Source: Azolla caroliniana | Lineage: Eukaryota > Plantae > Polypodiophyta | Reading direction: 5' to 3' | Length of the DNA stretch: 30,071 nt | NCBI GenBank assembly: GCA_043228905.1 | Contig: JBHGNT010000380.1 | Span: 1-30,071, forward strand | Shown: positions 1 through 10,899 of the stretch, in pieces | Layout of the letters: every line of letters begins with the position of its first letter | Position numbering within the stretch: position 1 is the first letter of the stretch | The notes under the pieces: model-generated | What the model was told of the DNA's origin: nothing | Database searches by the model: none | What the model saw: only the letters and a program-made list of their open reading frames with translations | Program-made: the position numbers and the translations under genes

Positions 1-479
1 ATCGTGTATGCAAATGAGTGATTGGTTGTTTGAGATTTCCCTCATCCATATGGCGTTATTTGGGGTAGGGTAGATTCGGTTGGCGACCAAACAATATGTG
101 ACCTTCATTTAGGTGACTATTAGTTACCACTCAACATTATACATACCATCAAACAAAAACAATTATTTCTATATCGTCAACAAAATGCATGGTTGCCATA
201 CAATTAACATAAACTTATCGTTCAGTACCATCATTGAAAAAGTATATTTCGGAATATCGTTAATACAAGCGCTTTTTTCTTATGATATACCAAATTACCT
301 ATACATATCAAAATGGCTTATTTGAGTTTATTTGAAGTATATACTTGCCCCATATGTGTATCTCATGTTGTTTGATTTTGGCGAACTAATTGAATATTAT
401 GGTTCATTAGTTACACATTTTTATTAGATCAATGCTCACTAGTGAGCTTATGAATAAATGACACTTGTTCCTACCCATG

Positions 480-1290
480 TTGCCTTCATTTATAGATGTC
501 CATCTAACATTAGATAATGACTTTGGAGTAAAGGTATAACTATGCCCGATGACACTTATGTTTGGAAGAATGTAGCATACCCCATATGAACAAAATATGC
601 ATGTGTTGAATTTTGTCACTTATGCAACCAATTTCAAGTCAAGTACTTGTCATCTACTTGATTTGCTTCAAAATTTAGGATATAATTTGTATGGACTATA
701 AAGTTAAGCTAACTTATTCCACTGAGTTGAATGTGAAAACTATCATTTAGATCAAATAAATTGATGCATTTTACTATTCTGTGTCGAATCTACATTTGGA
801 AGGGGTTTACACCAAGAGAAACACTAATATCTTCCATGCTAGGCAAAGTTAAACATAAAATAGTTGCACAAAAAAATATCAAAAGAAAATTGAACACTAT
901 AATTTGAAATCCAAATACATGTTTATGAAAGAGCCATATGGAGAGGTGTTTGCTTATCATAAACTTGTTTTGGTTTGCTATTGATAATTGGTTCCATCTA
1001 CAACTCCCATTTTGTGCTCCAAGGGCTTGCTCAAGTATGTGTAACAAACAAGTGATTCCCCTTTCAAATGAAGATTATGCTTGACCACTTTGCAATAAAG
1101 GTCTATGTTGTTGATAGTTGTATTTCTTGTAATATTTGTTTTAGTCATTGTGTTAAAACCATGAAACAAAAGTCTACAAGACTGTTATATGTATATATAT
1201 CACCAACAAATAAGTGTGTGGCCGAGTTATGCTATGTAAACTCAGACCAACCACACAAAGATATTATACAATGTGAATTTTTGTGTAGTA
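480..1290 (-). mobile_element. Probable highly decayed Ty1/copia retrotransposon remnant (integrase region; may extend toward position 1)
   Basis: Manual minus-strand reading gives frameshifted fragments in copia integrase order: HLFVGDIYTYNSLVDF (~FVDDYSRYTWVYF), AQNG/GVVDGTN (~QNGVAERxN), MISKHLSIW, LGVNPFQ (~GxTPFE) and KFNTCIFCSYG (~KCIFVGY). There are many stops, and the similarity was judged by eye only. Confidence 0.4.
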
Positions 1291-1892
1291 TTTACATTTA
1301 GAAGGCAATGTTATTGTTTTCAAACATAAGGAAAGCCAATTCTTTAGGATAAGATTGCCAATATACATGGTTTACATGACATTGTTTTACAAATTAAACC
1401 CGTTGACATTATGGCTACAAAGTATGTGTTACTATTGTATAACAATATTTATACAACTATTTTAATTAGAATCTCTTGGAACTAATCATGTTCCATTACT
1501 ATTAACATGTATGCCATTTTGTCGAGACTTGATTGCGTTCTTAGAGTCGGAATTATTGTGTTTAGAACCTAAATCATAGAGTAAACAATGACATAAGTTT
1601 CAAGATTATACCTGGAATCTTGATATGAGTACAGGGTTGATGAATGTGCCTTGTACATTTGAACGTCATGAGGTCTAGGAAAAGAAATGACATCGTCTTG
1701 TACATGAATGTATCAACGAACCCAAATATCAATCCCGCTCATCGGTGAAAGGGGAAATTTAGGGTCATCGATAACAATCCTAAGCAATAGGTATTAGTTA
1801 AGAAGGCAAGGATTTTTGCATAGGCCTAATTTTGGCAAAACTATGTGCATCCATACGATGACCATAAAACGCTTATATGGAGAGTTGTCACC

Positions 1893-2657
1893 TCATTTCT
1901 TCAATGGGGCGGTCACATTGACACTAATCTTATCGTAGTAAAAATAATAGAAGTAAAAGATGCCCATCCATGTGATAAGCAAGGCCAAAGTGGGGCCAAA
2001 CATAAAGAAGGTTCTCAACGGCCGAGATTTCTCGGCCGCTGGTGACGTGGCCGAATCTGTGGCGTTGGTGACTGTTTGAGATGAAGTGGAAGAGATACGA
2101 CTAGCTTTTGGGTTAGGGTTAGGGTTAGGGGCTGCAGATCTGGGGCGTCGATGGAAATATGAGCTTTGGGTCGATTCTGCGTCCGCGCTATAACCTGAGA
2201 ATGTCAGATCAGCTTTAGGGTTTCTTCCATCAGAATAACCAGAAAAGCTCGAATTAGAGTTAGGGTTCTTATCATCTTTATGATCGGAAACATTCAGCTT
2301 AGGTTTAGGATTTCTGCCATCATTATAACTAGAAAACTTCAGGTTAGTGTTAGGGCTAGGCTTTCTATGAATTCTATTATTTGCTGTTGAAGCTTCATCT
2401 CTGTGATCGAGATTGCTAAATGCAGACTCTGTGTGCGACAGGAGAGCGATTACTCCCTGATATTGTGGATGATTAAATCGTTTAAGTACTCTGTTTCTGT
2501 AGAAGTCTGACTCTGAATCTGAGTCTGATTCCGAATCCGAATCCGAATTATCATCTTCGTCAAATAAATCAGCTTTAGAGTTAGGGTTTGTTCTGCATTT
2601 GTTATATATCCTGTAATTAGGGTTCGATCTGTGATAATTACTATCGGTCCCTTCCAT
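1893..2657 (-). CDS. Uncharacterised 254-aa protein: N/S/D/P-rich disordered body and one C-terminal hydrophobic segment (tail-anchored-like)
   Basis: ATG-initiated 254-aa ORF in a locally GC-richer region. It has an acidic (SD/SE)n tract, internal 15-aa repeats, and a hydrophobic stretch FFMFGPTLALLITWMGIFYFYYFYY about 13 aa before the stop. No family recognised. Confidence 0.6.
   Translation of the reverse strand: MEGTDSNYHRSNPNYRIYNKCRTNPNSKADLFDEDDNSDSDSESDSDSESDFYRNRVLKRFNHPQYQGVIALLSHTESAFSNLDHRDEASTANNRIHRKPSPNTNLKFSSYNDGRNPKPKLNVSDHKDDKNPNSNSSFSGYSDGRNPKADLTFSGYSADAESTQSSYFHRRPRSAAPNPNPNPKASRISSTSSQTVTNATDSATSPAAEKSRPLRTFFMFGPTLALLITWMGIFYFYYFYYDKISVNVTAPLKK
2178..2357 (-). repeat. 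Four tandem 45-bp (15-aa) coding repeats
   Basis: SPNTNLKFSSYNDGR / NPKPKLNVSDHKDDK / NPNSNSSFSGYSDGR / NPKADLTFSGYSADA. Confidence 0.75.
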
Positions 2658-5600
2658 TACTCAATCGTAATTAGCGCCTTAATTGTGATTCTCAATGTAG
2701 ACTTTCGATTATAATTAGCACGCTAATGATGACGCCTTATGTGATGACTTCAGCAATGATGATTAGCGTCATAAGCGCGAGCACTAATCCCCCACGCAAT
2801 TAGAGGCATACTTAGGATGATTCATCTAACCCCATGGACTTTGGTTCAAGCGTCCTAACCAAGAGATATGTTTTGGATGGGATGCATCTCTTCCCATTTT
2901 AATTTCTATTAATATATTGAAGAGTTCTAAGTTTGAATAGAGACTTTAGGAAATGAAACCATCTTTCGGGCCCAAGAATGCTAATTAGCAACTATTATTA
3001 ATGCATATATCACATAAGAGAAAATGTGTATGTGCATTTGTGCACAAACCGTACTATAGATGGTTCGTTTGATATGTAAGATTGACCATGTGGAGACCAA
3101 GGACATCCATTCCAATCACCTAGTAAGTCAAGGAAATTTAAAGGAGGATGTTCTCCAACTAATAAATAATCCAAGTTGATCGGGTGGAGTGGAAACAAAA
3201 TTTAAAACCACGGCGTTTTTTAGTTAATATGAAACAATCCTCGTGGATGCAAACATGCAAAGGATCCTACATGACCTTCTTTGTTACTTGTTAGTGACAC
3301 CTCTAATTTCAGAAGTTCTAAAGAATATTACGAGGTTTTAGCTAACCTTGTGGCATGCAGACTATTAGCATTCTTGACACAAAGCATTGTGCTCATATGT
3401 TTCTTGAAGAATAAGAAATTTACCTTATTCAGGTCTTCGTTCTTCAATGGTAAATCTCTACAACTCCAACTTGTAACTTGTATAAACTTTTTTCCCATAC
3501 ATCTTACATTCCTATAATTGGGTGTTGCTCCTTTCATGCTTCGTAAGCTTGTCATCTCTTTGCTTGTTACTAGGATTTCTATCCTCATCGATGATTTGTA
3601 TGTGTTTTGAAGGTAGGTTTGAGCATTTCAAGGTATCTTTGCGTGTTACCATATTCTCTTCATTTGCAGCGAAGATGTCAAGTTGGGTCATCATCATCTT
3701 CTGCAATTCGGTTATTTATCTTTATGTCTAGAATAGGCATTAAGGATTCCTTCTACTAAACATACTTCATCTTAAGTTGACTATACTTGAATTCTTGAAG
3801 CTTGAGCTCATGTTTGAGACCTTACTTCTTAAGGACAACTTGTTTATTTTCCTCGTCTTGACAACACTTCTAATCTTGGATGGCAAAATTTATTATCAAA
3901 ATTTCCTCGTATCATTTTGATATGACAACTAGTTTGCCTCAAATGAAATGAAAAACTATATATTTGAAAGTTTGATGCCACAATTTGCAGATTGCCATTC
4001 AAAACACAAACAATTAGTGGAATGAGGTTCTTTACATTTTGGAGGAGATTATTCACATCGCATTTAATGAGCCACGAGGACATGTCTTAAGCATCCACCA
4101 CTACTCAAAATATTGCCAATGCATTTTTCTTGTTGTGAAATCTACTTTCAATGTGACTTGATGGAGGCTACATGTGGTCAATGTCTCGTGTATCAAAGAC
4201 ACTCATAATACAGTGGAGTACAACTACTTTGTAGTTCTAAATGGATAAAAATCTCTCCTTGCCATGAGTAAATGATATATTGCAAGATATGGGGAAAACT
4301 TGTATGTGTAATGATAAAGTTGCCATGTCATGAGCAAACCAAACAAACACATGCGTTGTATTGGTATTATACAATGAAATGACAAAATAGAAGCGCCTAC
4401 ACCAACACATTAGGGGATTTACCATGAATCACCATATTGCACCAATAAATATTCAAGAGACATGGCCATTCCTCATAAATGCCTTTTGTGAAGTTGTAGA
4501 TGTCGTGATGGGCACCGACGTAAAGGGTACAACCATTGCCTCGTTGTTTAGAAGGCATCAAGAAGGAATAGAAAATGTAGTTCTACCAACAAACGAAGCA
4601 ATAAGATAGCATAATTATATTACCTACTACAAGTTGAAAACAAAAAGAAGGTTTTTCTACAAAGTTCACTGGAACAATGTGAACAAAACAAGGATGCCCT
4701 ATCTATATTCACATATCTTCGACTTGATTTATGATGGCAAATGAGAAGAGTTAACATGGCGAAACACCAATAATTGGACACTTCATAATATTACTTCTAA
4801 TGTTTGAGACGATTTTCAACTTAAAGCATATTCTTAATTATTATTTCAAAAGCTATTAAGTATGATGCATAGCCACAATGGGCATAATAGCCTAGCAATT
4901 AACTTGCCTAAGACCAAAGTTTGGTATGCAAGAACATTTAAACTTGAAAGTCATGAGCTAGTAGTTTACTATGTATGTAGAAAAGGCTTGCGGCTCACAT
5001 GTTCGCATACCCTTGGAGTTGGCATTCACAATTAAGTCACTTGGAACATGTATCGAGCCATGAGAATGGATACCAATGTTACCCAATACTATGAATTTGA
5101 GAACATGTGGTACTTGGCCACAACCCAAAGTTGGGCGATTACAAGCAATAGTGTACACTACGATATATGGAATTAAGGTTCGGAGGGACAATCTTTCAAC
5201 AAGTTTATAGAATGGAACAAAGAGAAAACAAAAGAAATTTCTGTGCCATGAATTTAGGGGTTAAAACACAATCTCGTACCTCATAATGTTGTGAGAGAAT
5301 GGAAGAAGGCCAATAGAGTTGGATGCCCTTTACAGAGTTTACATAGAACATATTTGACAGTAAGGACACTGTCTTAAGATTCACCTCCCCAAGGCTGGAA
5401 GCCTGCATGGGAAATCGAATGCTTATTACTACGGAAATGGAAGAAAACCATGGGGGTTTGGGGTGCGTCGCCGTGTATGAGGACATTGGGCTAGAGAGTT
5501 TTCAGAGAGTTTCCTAGAAGGTAATTAAATATACCAAGATACGAGAGCCGGAGGAGCCATTACCGAGGACACAACACGCAATTTGTTGGCTCCTGAGTTC

Positions 5601-5793
5601 TCTTGGGCACAAAAATCAAACTCATGGAATATGTCAATTCATTTCTTCCGTTTCTCTCATCTCTTCTTACCTTTCGTTTGTTACTTACGCTCTATAGTTC
5701 TTTAAGATATCATCATCATCTTCTTCTCCTCATGTGCACAGTGCAGTACATAAACCTTCATAGGGATCGTTTCCTACCACATTGGCAGAACGT

Positions 5794-8700
5794 ATGTTGC
5801 AGCTCTCCATCGCCGAATGCTCATGTTTCGCAGGTAATTGCTTTGCTCTTCACGCAATTCACTTCTTTATTCTACTTTAAAATCTGCAAATTTCCACTTC
5901 TTCTTGGTACGCTTCCCATTAACCCTACGAACACCTTCCTTTCTTTCTTGAATTGATTCTCTCGATTTCTTCTATTTTTGTTTCTCTTTACTGTTAGCGT
6001 ATGTTGTTGATGACGATGTGTGCGTATTGAAGACAAATTCAAAAGATGTGAGAACAGTTATTGATGCTTGCTCTACTACGTCTGCCCTTTCTTGGCCCGT
6101 GGAGGAGGTAAAAGATCATAGATATGGAAGATTGGAACATCAAAGCCAGGGAAATATCCGAGAAAAGGCCATTTTCTGGGATATTTCAAAAAAGGATGAA
6201 GCAAAAGAGTATAGAAATGGCAGAGTCGAACATAAAAACCATGAAAATCTTCGAGAAAATGCCATTTTCTGGGATATTACCAAAGAATTCGAGGAAAAAG
6301 AGTATAAACAAGGAAAAGCAAAACATGAAAACCATGAAATTCTCCGACAAAAGGCCCATTTCTGGGATATTAAAGAAAAAGAAGAGGCGGAAGATCATAG
6401 TTTTGTGAATATTCCACATGAAAACCACGGAAATTTTGGAGATAAGGCCACCATTTTGTGGGATTTTCCTAAGAAAGTTCATGCAAAACAGCATAAATAT
6501 GGACATAAAAACCATGGAAATATCAAAGGAATGGCCATTATTTGTGATGTTGCAGATGGAGAGAAGGCAGAAGCACATGAACACGATAGACATATCAGAG
6601 AAAACGTCATTTTTTGCAATATTTTAGAAGAGGAGAGTAACTGCATGAAGTTTCCCATGCAGAAAGATGGCTGTGACATGGAGCTTTCAACAAACAAAGA
6701 TGACATGAATCTTTGGATGAATAAAAATGACATAAAGCTATCTATGGAGAAATATGGTTGTAACATGGGGTTTCCCCTGGAGAAAAATGATAACTGTATG
6801 GATTTTTCAATGGAGAAATATGGTAGTGGTGCAGAGTGTTCCATGGCGAGGGATGGTTGTGTCGTGGATTTTTCAATGGGGAAAGATGAGGTGGAACTTT
6901 TCATAGACAAAAATGGTTCTGGTCTGAAGTTTTCTATCGAGAAAAATGGTTACAATTTAGAGCTTTCCACGGGGAAAGATGGTTGTGGCATGGAGTTTTC
7001 CAAGGATCAAGAGGGTTGCAACATGGATCTCTCCATGTGTAGGAGGATACATAGTATAGAAGCTATCAATAATTCCCTAGACTGCACATTCGGGCTTCCT
7101 TTACTGTGTGATGCCATCCACGCATTGCAAGAATGCAAGAAACAGAAGGACCCATGTTATGCTGTACACATGTATTCATGCATTTGCAGTAATGGTTTAG
7201 AAGCTTATTTGGGGAATTACATTGTGCCATTGCTTGTAGAGTGTGCGAATATGGTTCTTGCTCAGCAAGTTTTGAACAAACTGTTGAATCCAAATGAATA
7301 TTCGTGGGGATCTCTCTTGTCAGGTTTTGTCCAATGTGGCCATCTACATGAGGCTTTGCATGTTTATGCACTAATAAAAGAGAAAGGTGCATACTTGAGT
7401 CGTCATGTGGTTGTGTCTCTTTTACAAGCTTGCTCTTGGCTTAAGGATGTTCAAAGAGGAAGGGAACTTTACATGGAGATTATATTCAAAGGCTACGAAA
7501 ATGATCTGCCAATATACAACAGTCTGCTATTTATGTATTCTAAATGCTGTTTGCTCACAGAAGCACACTCAATTTTTGTGAGGGTGCAAATCCAAGATGT
7601 TGTATCATGGACAACTCTAATTGCAGGATATGTTGATAATGGGCTCTATATGATAGCACTCAAATGCTTTGAAGAGATGCAAGAGGTTGGTGTTTCTCCT
7701 AACACAATCACATTTTCTTATGTTCTCAAAGCCTGTTGTAGTATAGGGGTCTTGGACAAGGGTAGAGATTTTCACAATGAGATCGCAATGAAGGGCCTAC
7801 TAAGCAATTCTTCAGTTGCTATTAGTCTGATTTCCATGTATGCTAACTGTGGCTCACTTTCAGAAGCATGGGATGTTCTGAGAATGCTACCGGTTCGAGA
7901 TATTGCACTATGGACTAGACTTATACAGGGATACATTGAATATGGATCAGCTCAAGAAGCATTGAAATGCTTTGACCAAATGCAAGAGGAATGCATCTCT
8001 CTGGATGCTGTTGCATTTGCTTGTGGATTAAAGGCTTGCAGTACCTTAGGGGCGATAACAAAGGGCAGAGACATACATGGATGCACTATAGGGAAGGGAC
8101 TTACAAATGCTCTTGTGATTGGTAATTCATTGATTGGAATGTATGCAAAGTGTGGCTCACTATCAGATGCACATTTAGTCTTCAATAAAATGCCCTCACA
8201 AAACTCTATATCATGGACCGCATTAATCGTGGGGTATGCCGAACATGGACCTGGGGAAGAAGCTATCAAGCTCTTTTATGAGATGCAACGTCAAAGTCAC
8301 TCCCCTAACGTCATCACATTTTGTAGTGTTTTGAAAGCTTGTGGGAGCATAAAAGCTTTAGAAAGAGGACGCAAAATACATTCTTGTGTATCACAATTTG
8401 GACTTGAAGAAGATCCTTTGGTTAGCAATGGGTTGGTCCATATGTATGCAACATGTGGGGAACTCGCAGAGGCACAAAGTGTCTTTGATAGCATCTTCAT
8501 GCCAGATGTTGTGCTATGGACTGCTTTAATTTCAGGATATGCTGATAATGGTTCATATGAGAAAGCTCTACATTATTTTGAACAAATGCAGCTCAATGGG
8601 GTGCTCCCAGATACTGCTACATTTACGTGTATCCTGAAATCTTGTACTCATGTAGAGGCAATAGGGAAAGGTTATGAAATACATACAATGTTAGTAGAGA

Positions 8701-10022
8701 AAGGATGGCGTAAAGAACTATCTATTGGCAATAGTTTGGTTGCGATGTATGCTGGTTGTGGCTCTCTTCCTGAAGCACAAAAAGTATTCGATATGCTTGA
8801 GATTCGTGATGTTTTATCTTGGACCTCATTGATAGCAGGATATGCTGAACATGGATCTGGGCAGGAAGCATTAAAATGTTTTGAAAAGATGAAGGATGAG
8901 GGTATTTGCATGGATGCAATAACCTTGGCTTCCATTTTAAAGGCCTGTGGCAATATAGGAGCTCTACAGAAGGGCAGAGAAATACATACAGTGATTGTCG
9001 AAGAGGAGTTTGAAGATGACTTATCTGTTAACAATAGTCTTATTATGATGTATAGTAGATGTGGTGCTTTGGCAGAGGCTAAAGATGTATTTGATTCCAC
9101 ACCAGTTCATGATTCCATAGCATGGGGCTCAATGATGAAAGGATATTGCATGACACATGATGGTAATGCAGCTATACAGTGTTTTGAGGACATGCAAAGA
9201 GCAGGTGTAAGACCTGATACTGTAACATTCACTTGCCTTCTCAATGCATGTAGCCATGCTAGTCTTGTGTCAGAGGGGATAACATATTATAAGCAAATGA
9301 GAGAACAATTTAAAATTGTACCAGCCATTGAACATCACACATGCATTGTTGATCTTCTCGGAAGGTCAGGGAAACTATATGAGGCCGAAAATCTTTTATC
9401 CTTGTATCCTCCCAACGAAGCAACATGGTCCACACTTCTAACTGCTTGTAGAACATATGGTGAACCTGAACTTGGATTTAGATGCTTCCAAGAACTAATT
9501 GAAATAAATGGAGAAGATGCTACTTGGTATGCACTAATGGCTGACATATTTGCAAATGCCGGATATGGCCTTGCTGCCAATCGCATAGAACAATTAAGAA
9601 AACATGCTGGTGCAAAGAAAAAAACTGCAGTTGCCATTATAGAGGTGAATAATGAAGTCCATGAATTCTCAGTGGGTTGCATAGAAAGCAAAGAAATCTC
9701 GAGAGCATTAAAAGCTCTTAATTCTTTCATAGTGAAAGAAGGCCATGTGCCAAACCTTGATAGAGTGTTGAAACCTATTTCAGATGATGAAAAGGAGGTA
9801 GTCCTATGTGAGCATGCTGAAAAACTAGCTATAGCATTTGGGCTTCTCAGCACACCACAAGGAGCAACATTGCGAGTGACGAAGAATTTAAGGATGTGTA
9901 ATGATTGTCATGATGTAACCAAGATGATTTCCAAGATCGAGAACCGGGAGATTGTTCTTCGTGATACAAGCTGTATCCATAATTTCAAAGATGGAATGTG
10001 CTCTTGTGGAGATCTATACTAG
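5794..10022 (+). CDS. PLS-class pentatricopeptide repeat protein with E1-E2-DYW:KP-like domain (putative organellar RNA editing factor, probably U-to-C type)
   Basis: The 1334-aa ORF at 6018-10022 starts at GTG. A plausible true start is ATG 5794, with exon 5794-5833, a phase-1 intron 5834-5997 (CAG|GTAATT ... TGTTAG|) and exon 5998-10022, giving 1354 aa. The array at ~7098-9416 reads L-S, 6x(P-L-S), P2-L2-S2, followed by E1/E2 and a DYW domain with HAE (9813-9821), CNDCH and HNF..CSC. The PPR-DYW call is high confidence; the first exon is inferred. Confidence 0.95.
6102..6635 (+). repeat. About six degenerate 93-bp (31-aa) coding repeats in the PPR N-terminal extension
   Basis: The DNA core gccattttctgggatatt recurs, with mismatches in later copies, at ~6168, 6261, 6354 and 6450. 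The protein consensus is approximately E-x-K-[DE]-[HY]-x2-G-x3-H-[EK]-N-H-x-N-x-R-E-K-A-I-F-W-D-I. Confidence 0.9.
6645..7040 (+). repeat. About 13 degenerate 27/33-bp (9/11-aa) coding repeats in the PPR N-terminal extension
   Basis: MKFPMQKDGCD, MELSTNKDD, MNLWMNKND, IKLSMEKYGCN, MGFPLEKNDNC, MDFSMEKYGSG, AECSMARDGCV, VDFSMGKDE, VELFIDKNGSG, LKFSIEKNGYN, LELSTGKDGCG, MEFSKDQEGCN, MDLSM. Confidence 0.85.
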
Positions 10023-10551
10023 ATGCATTTTGTTTGAGACCATGCATCCTCTTGAAACCCTTAGGTGCTCACAATGAGGCATTATTCAACAACTATCCTT
10101 GAAAATGGGATGCCAAGCATATATTCAGTTGGGGAATGGTGACTACTCACAGTTTTTATGCAGCCAGCCTTGAGGTAAGGTATATGCCTATTTAAAGTAA
10201 TTGGGCATGCATTGTTAAGTCTTAACTGCTCAAGCGATGGACAGCATCATTGACACAGATACCAATATTTGTTCTAATTACCCTTATCACCTCGATGTTT
10301 GTACAGCTTGGTAGATATCGAGCAGTTTTGTTCTCGAGCCATAAATTATTATTGTACAGAAGGTAAGATCATTTACAAAGACATGATACTGGTTAAGATA
10401 TATAAAGTGAAACTTTCGTAGGACAAAGGAATAGCCTGAAGAATTACCTTTCATAAAGATTGGATTCATTCACACACAAATCAAAAGAGGGGTTGCCCAT
10501 TCTTTGATTTAAAAAAAACCTGGGCCATGGATGGGCGTTAAGAAGCATGCA

Positions 10552-10784
10552 ATCACCTTTCTCTGTATGTTTCTTTAAGAATTCGATATCACCTCTCTCT
10601 ATGTCTCTATATGCACACCAGTGCATACATACATATATTTAAGAATTCGATATCACCTCCATGTCTCTATATGTATCAAGCGTGAGGTTGAACCCTATCT
10701 TACAAATCTATGCACTGGTGTGAATTAGAGACATATAGAGAGGTGTTATCCAATTCTTAAACACAACATACACAGAAAGGTGAT
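10552..10784. repeat. Imperfect inverted repeat with 76-bp arms (MITE/foldback-like or hairpin RNA locus)
   Basis: The left arm 10552-10627 (atcacctttctctgtatg...cacaccagtgcata) matches the reverse complement of 10709-10784 with a few mismatches and indels. The spacer holds a partial direct copy of the left arm at 10638-10673. Confidence 0.85.
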
Positions 10785-10899
10785 ATGTATTTGGGCACAT
10801 GTACCCTAATTGGGGTTGGAAGTTGGAACAAAGCATTGTGTGCACGTTTATGTGCATGTTATTTGGTTGGAAATTGAAAGAAGCGCAGGAATTAAGTTG

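Noticed and set aside
3000-5200. Possible decayed MULE/SWIM transposase on the minus strand (SWSCRD...KKHM)
   Set aside because: The resemblance is too weak to support without a profile search.
5603-5956. 117-aa plus-strand ORF as the PPR first exon
   Set aside because: It is pyrimidine-rich UTR/intron-like sequence. Its frame would splice in phase 0 at 5833 and hit a stop soon after the 5997 acceptor.
6102-7040. Regularly spaced repeats considered as a CRISPR-like array
   Set aside because: The units are degenerate, in-frame coding repeats in a eukaryotic gene, with no identical repeats or unique spacers.
6124-9853. Multiple overlapping alternative-frame and antisense ORFs (e.g. 6186-6593, 6479-6910, 8672-9100, 9335-9853)
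   Set aside because: These are shadows of the PPR coding sequence and its repeats, with no independent protein features.
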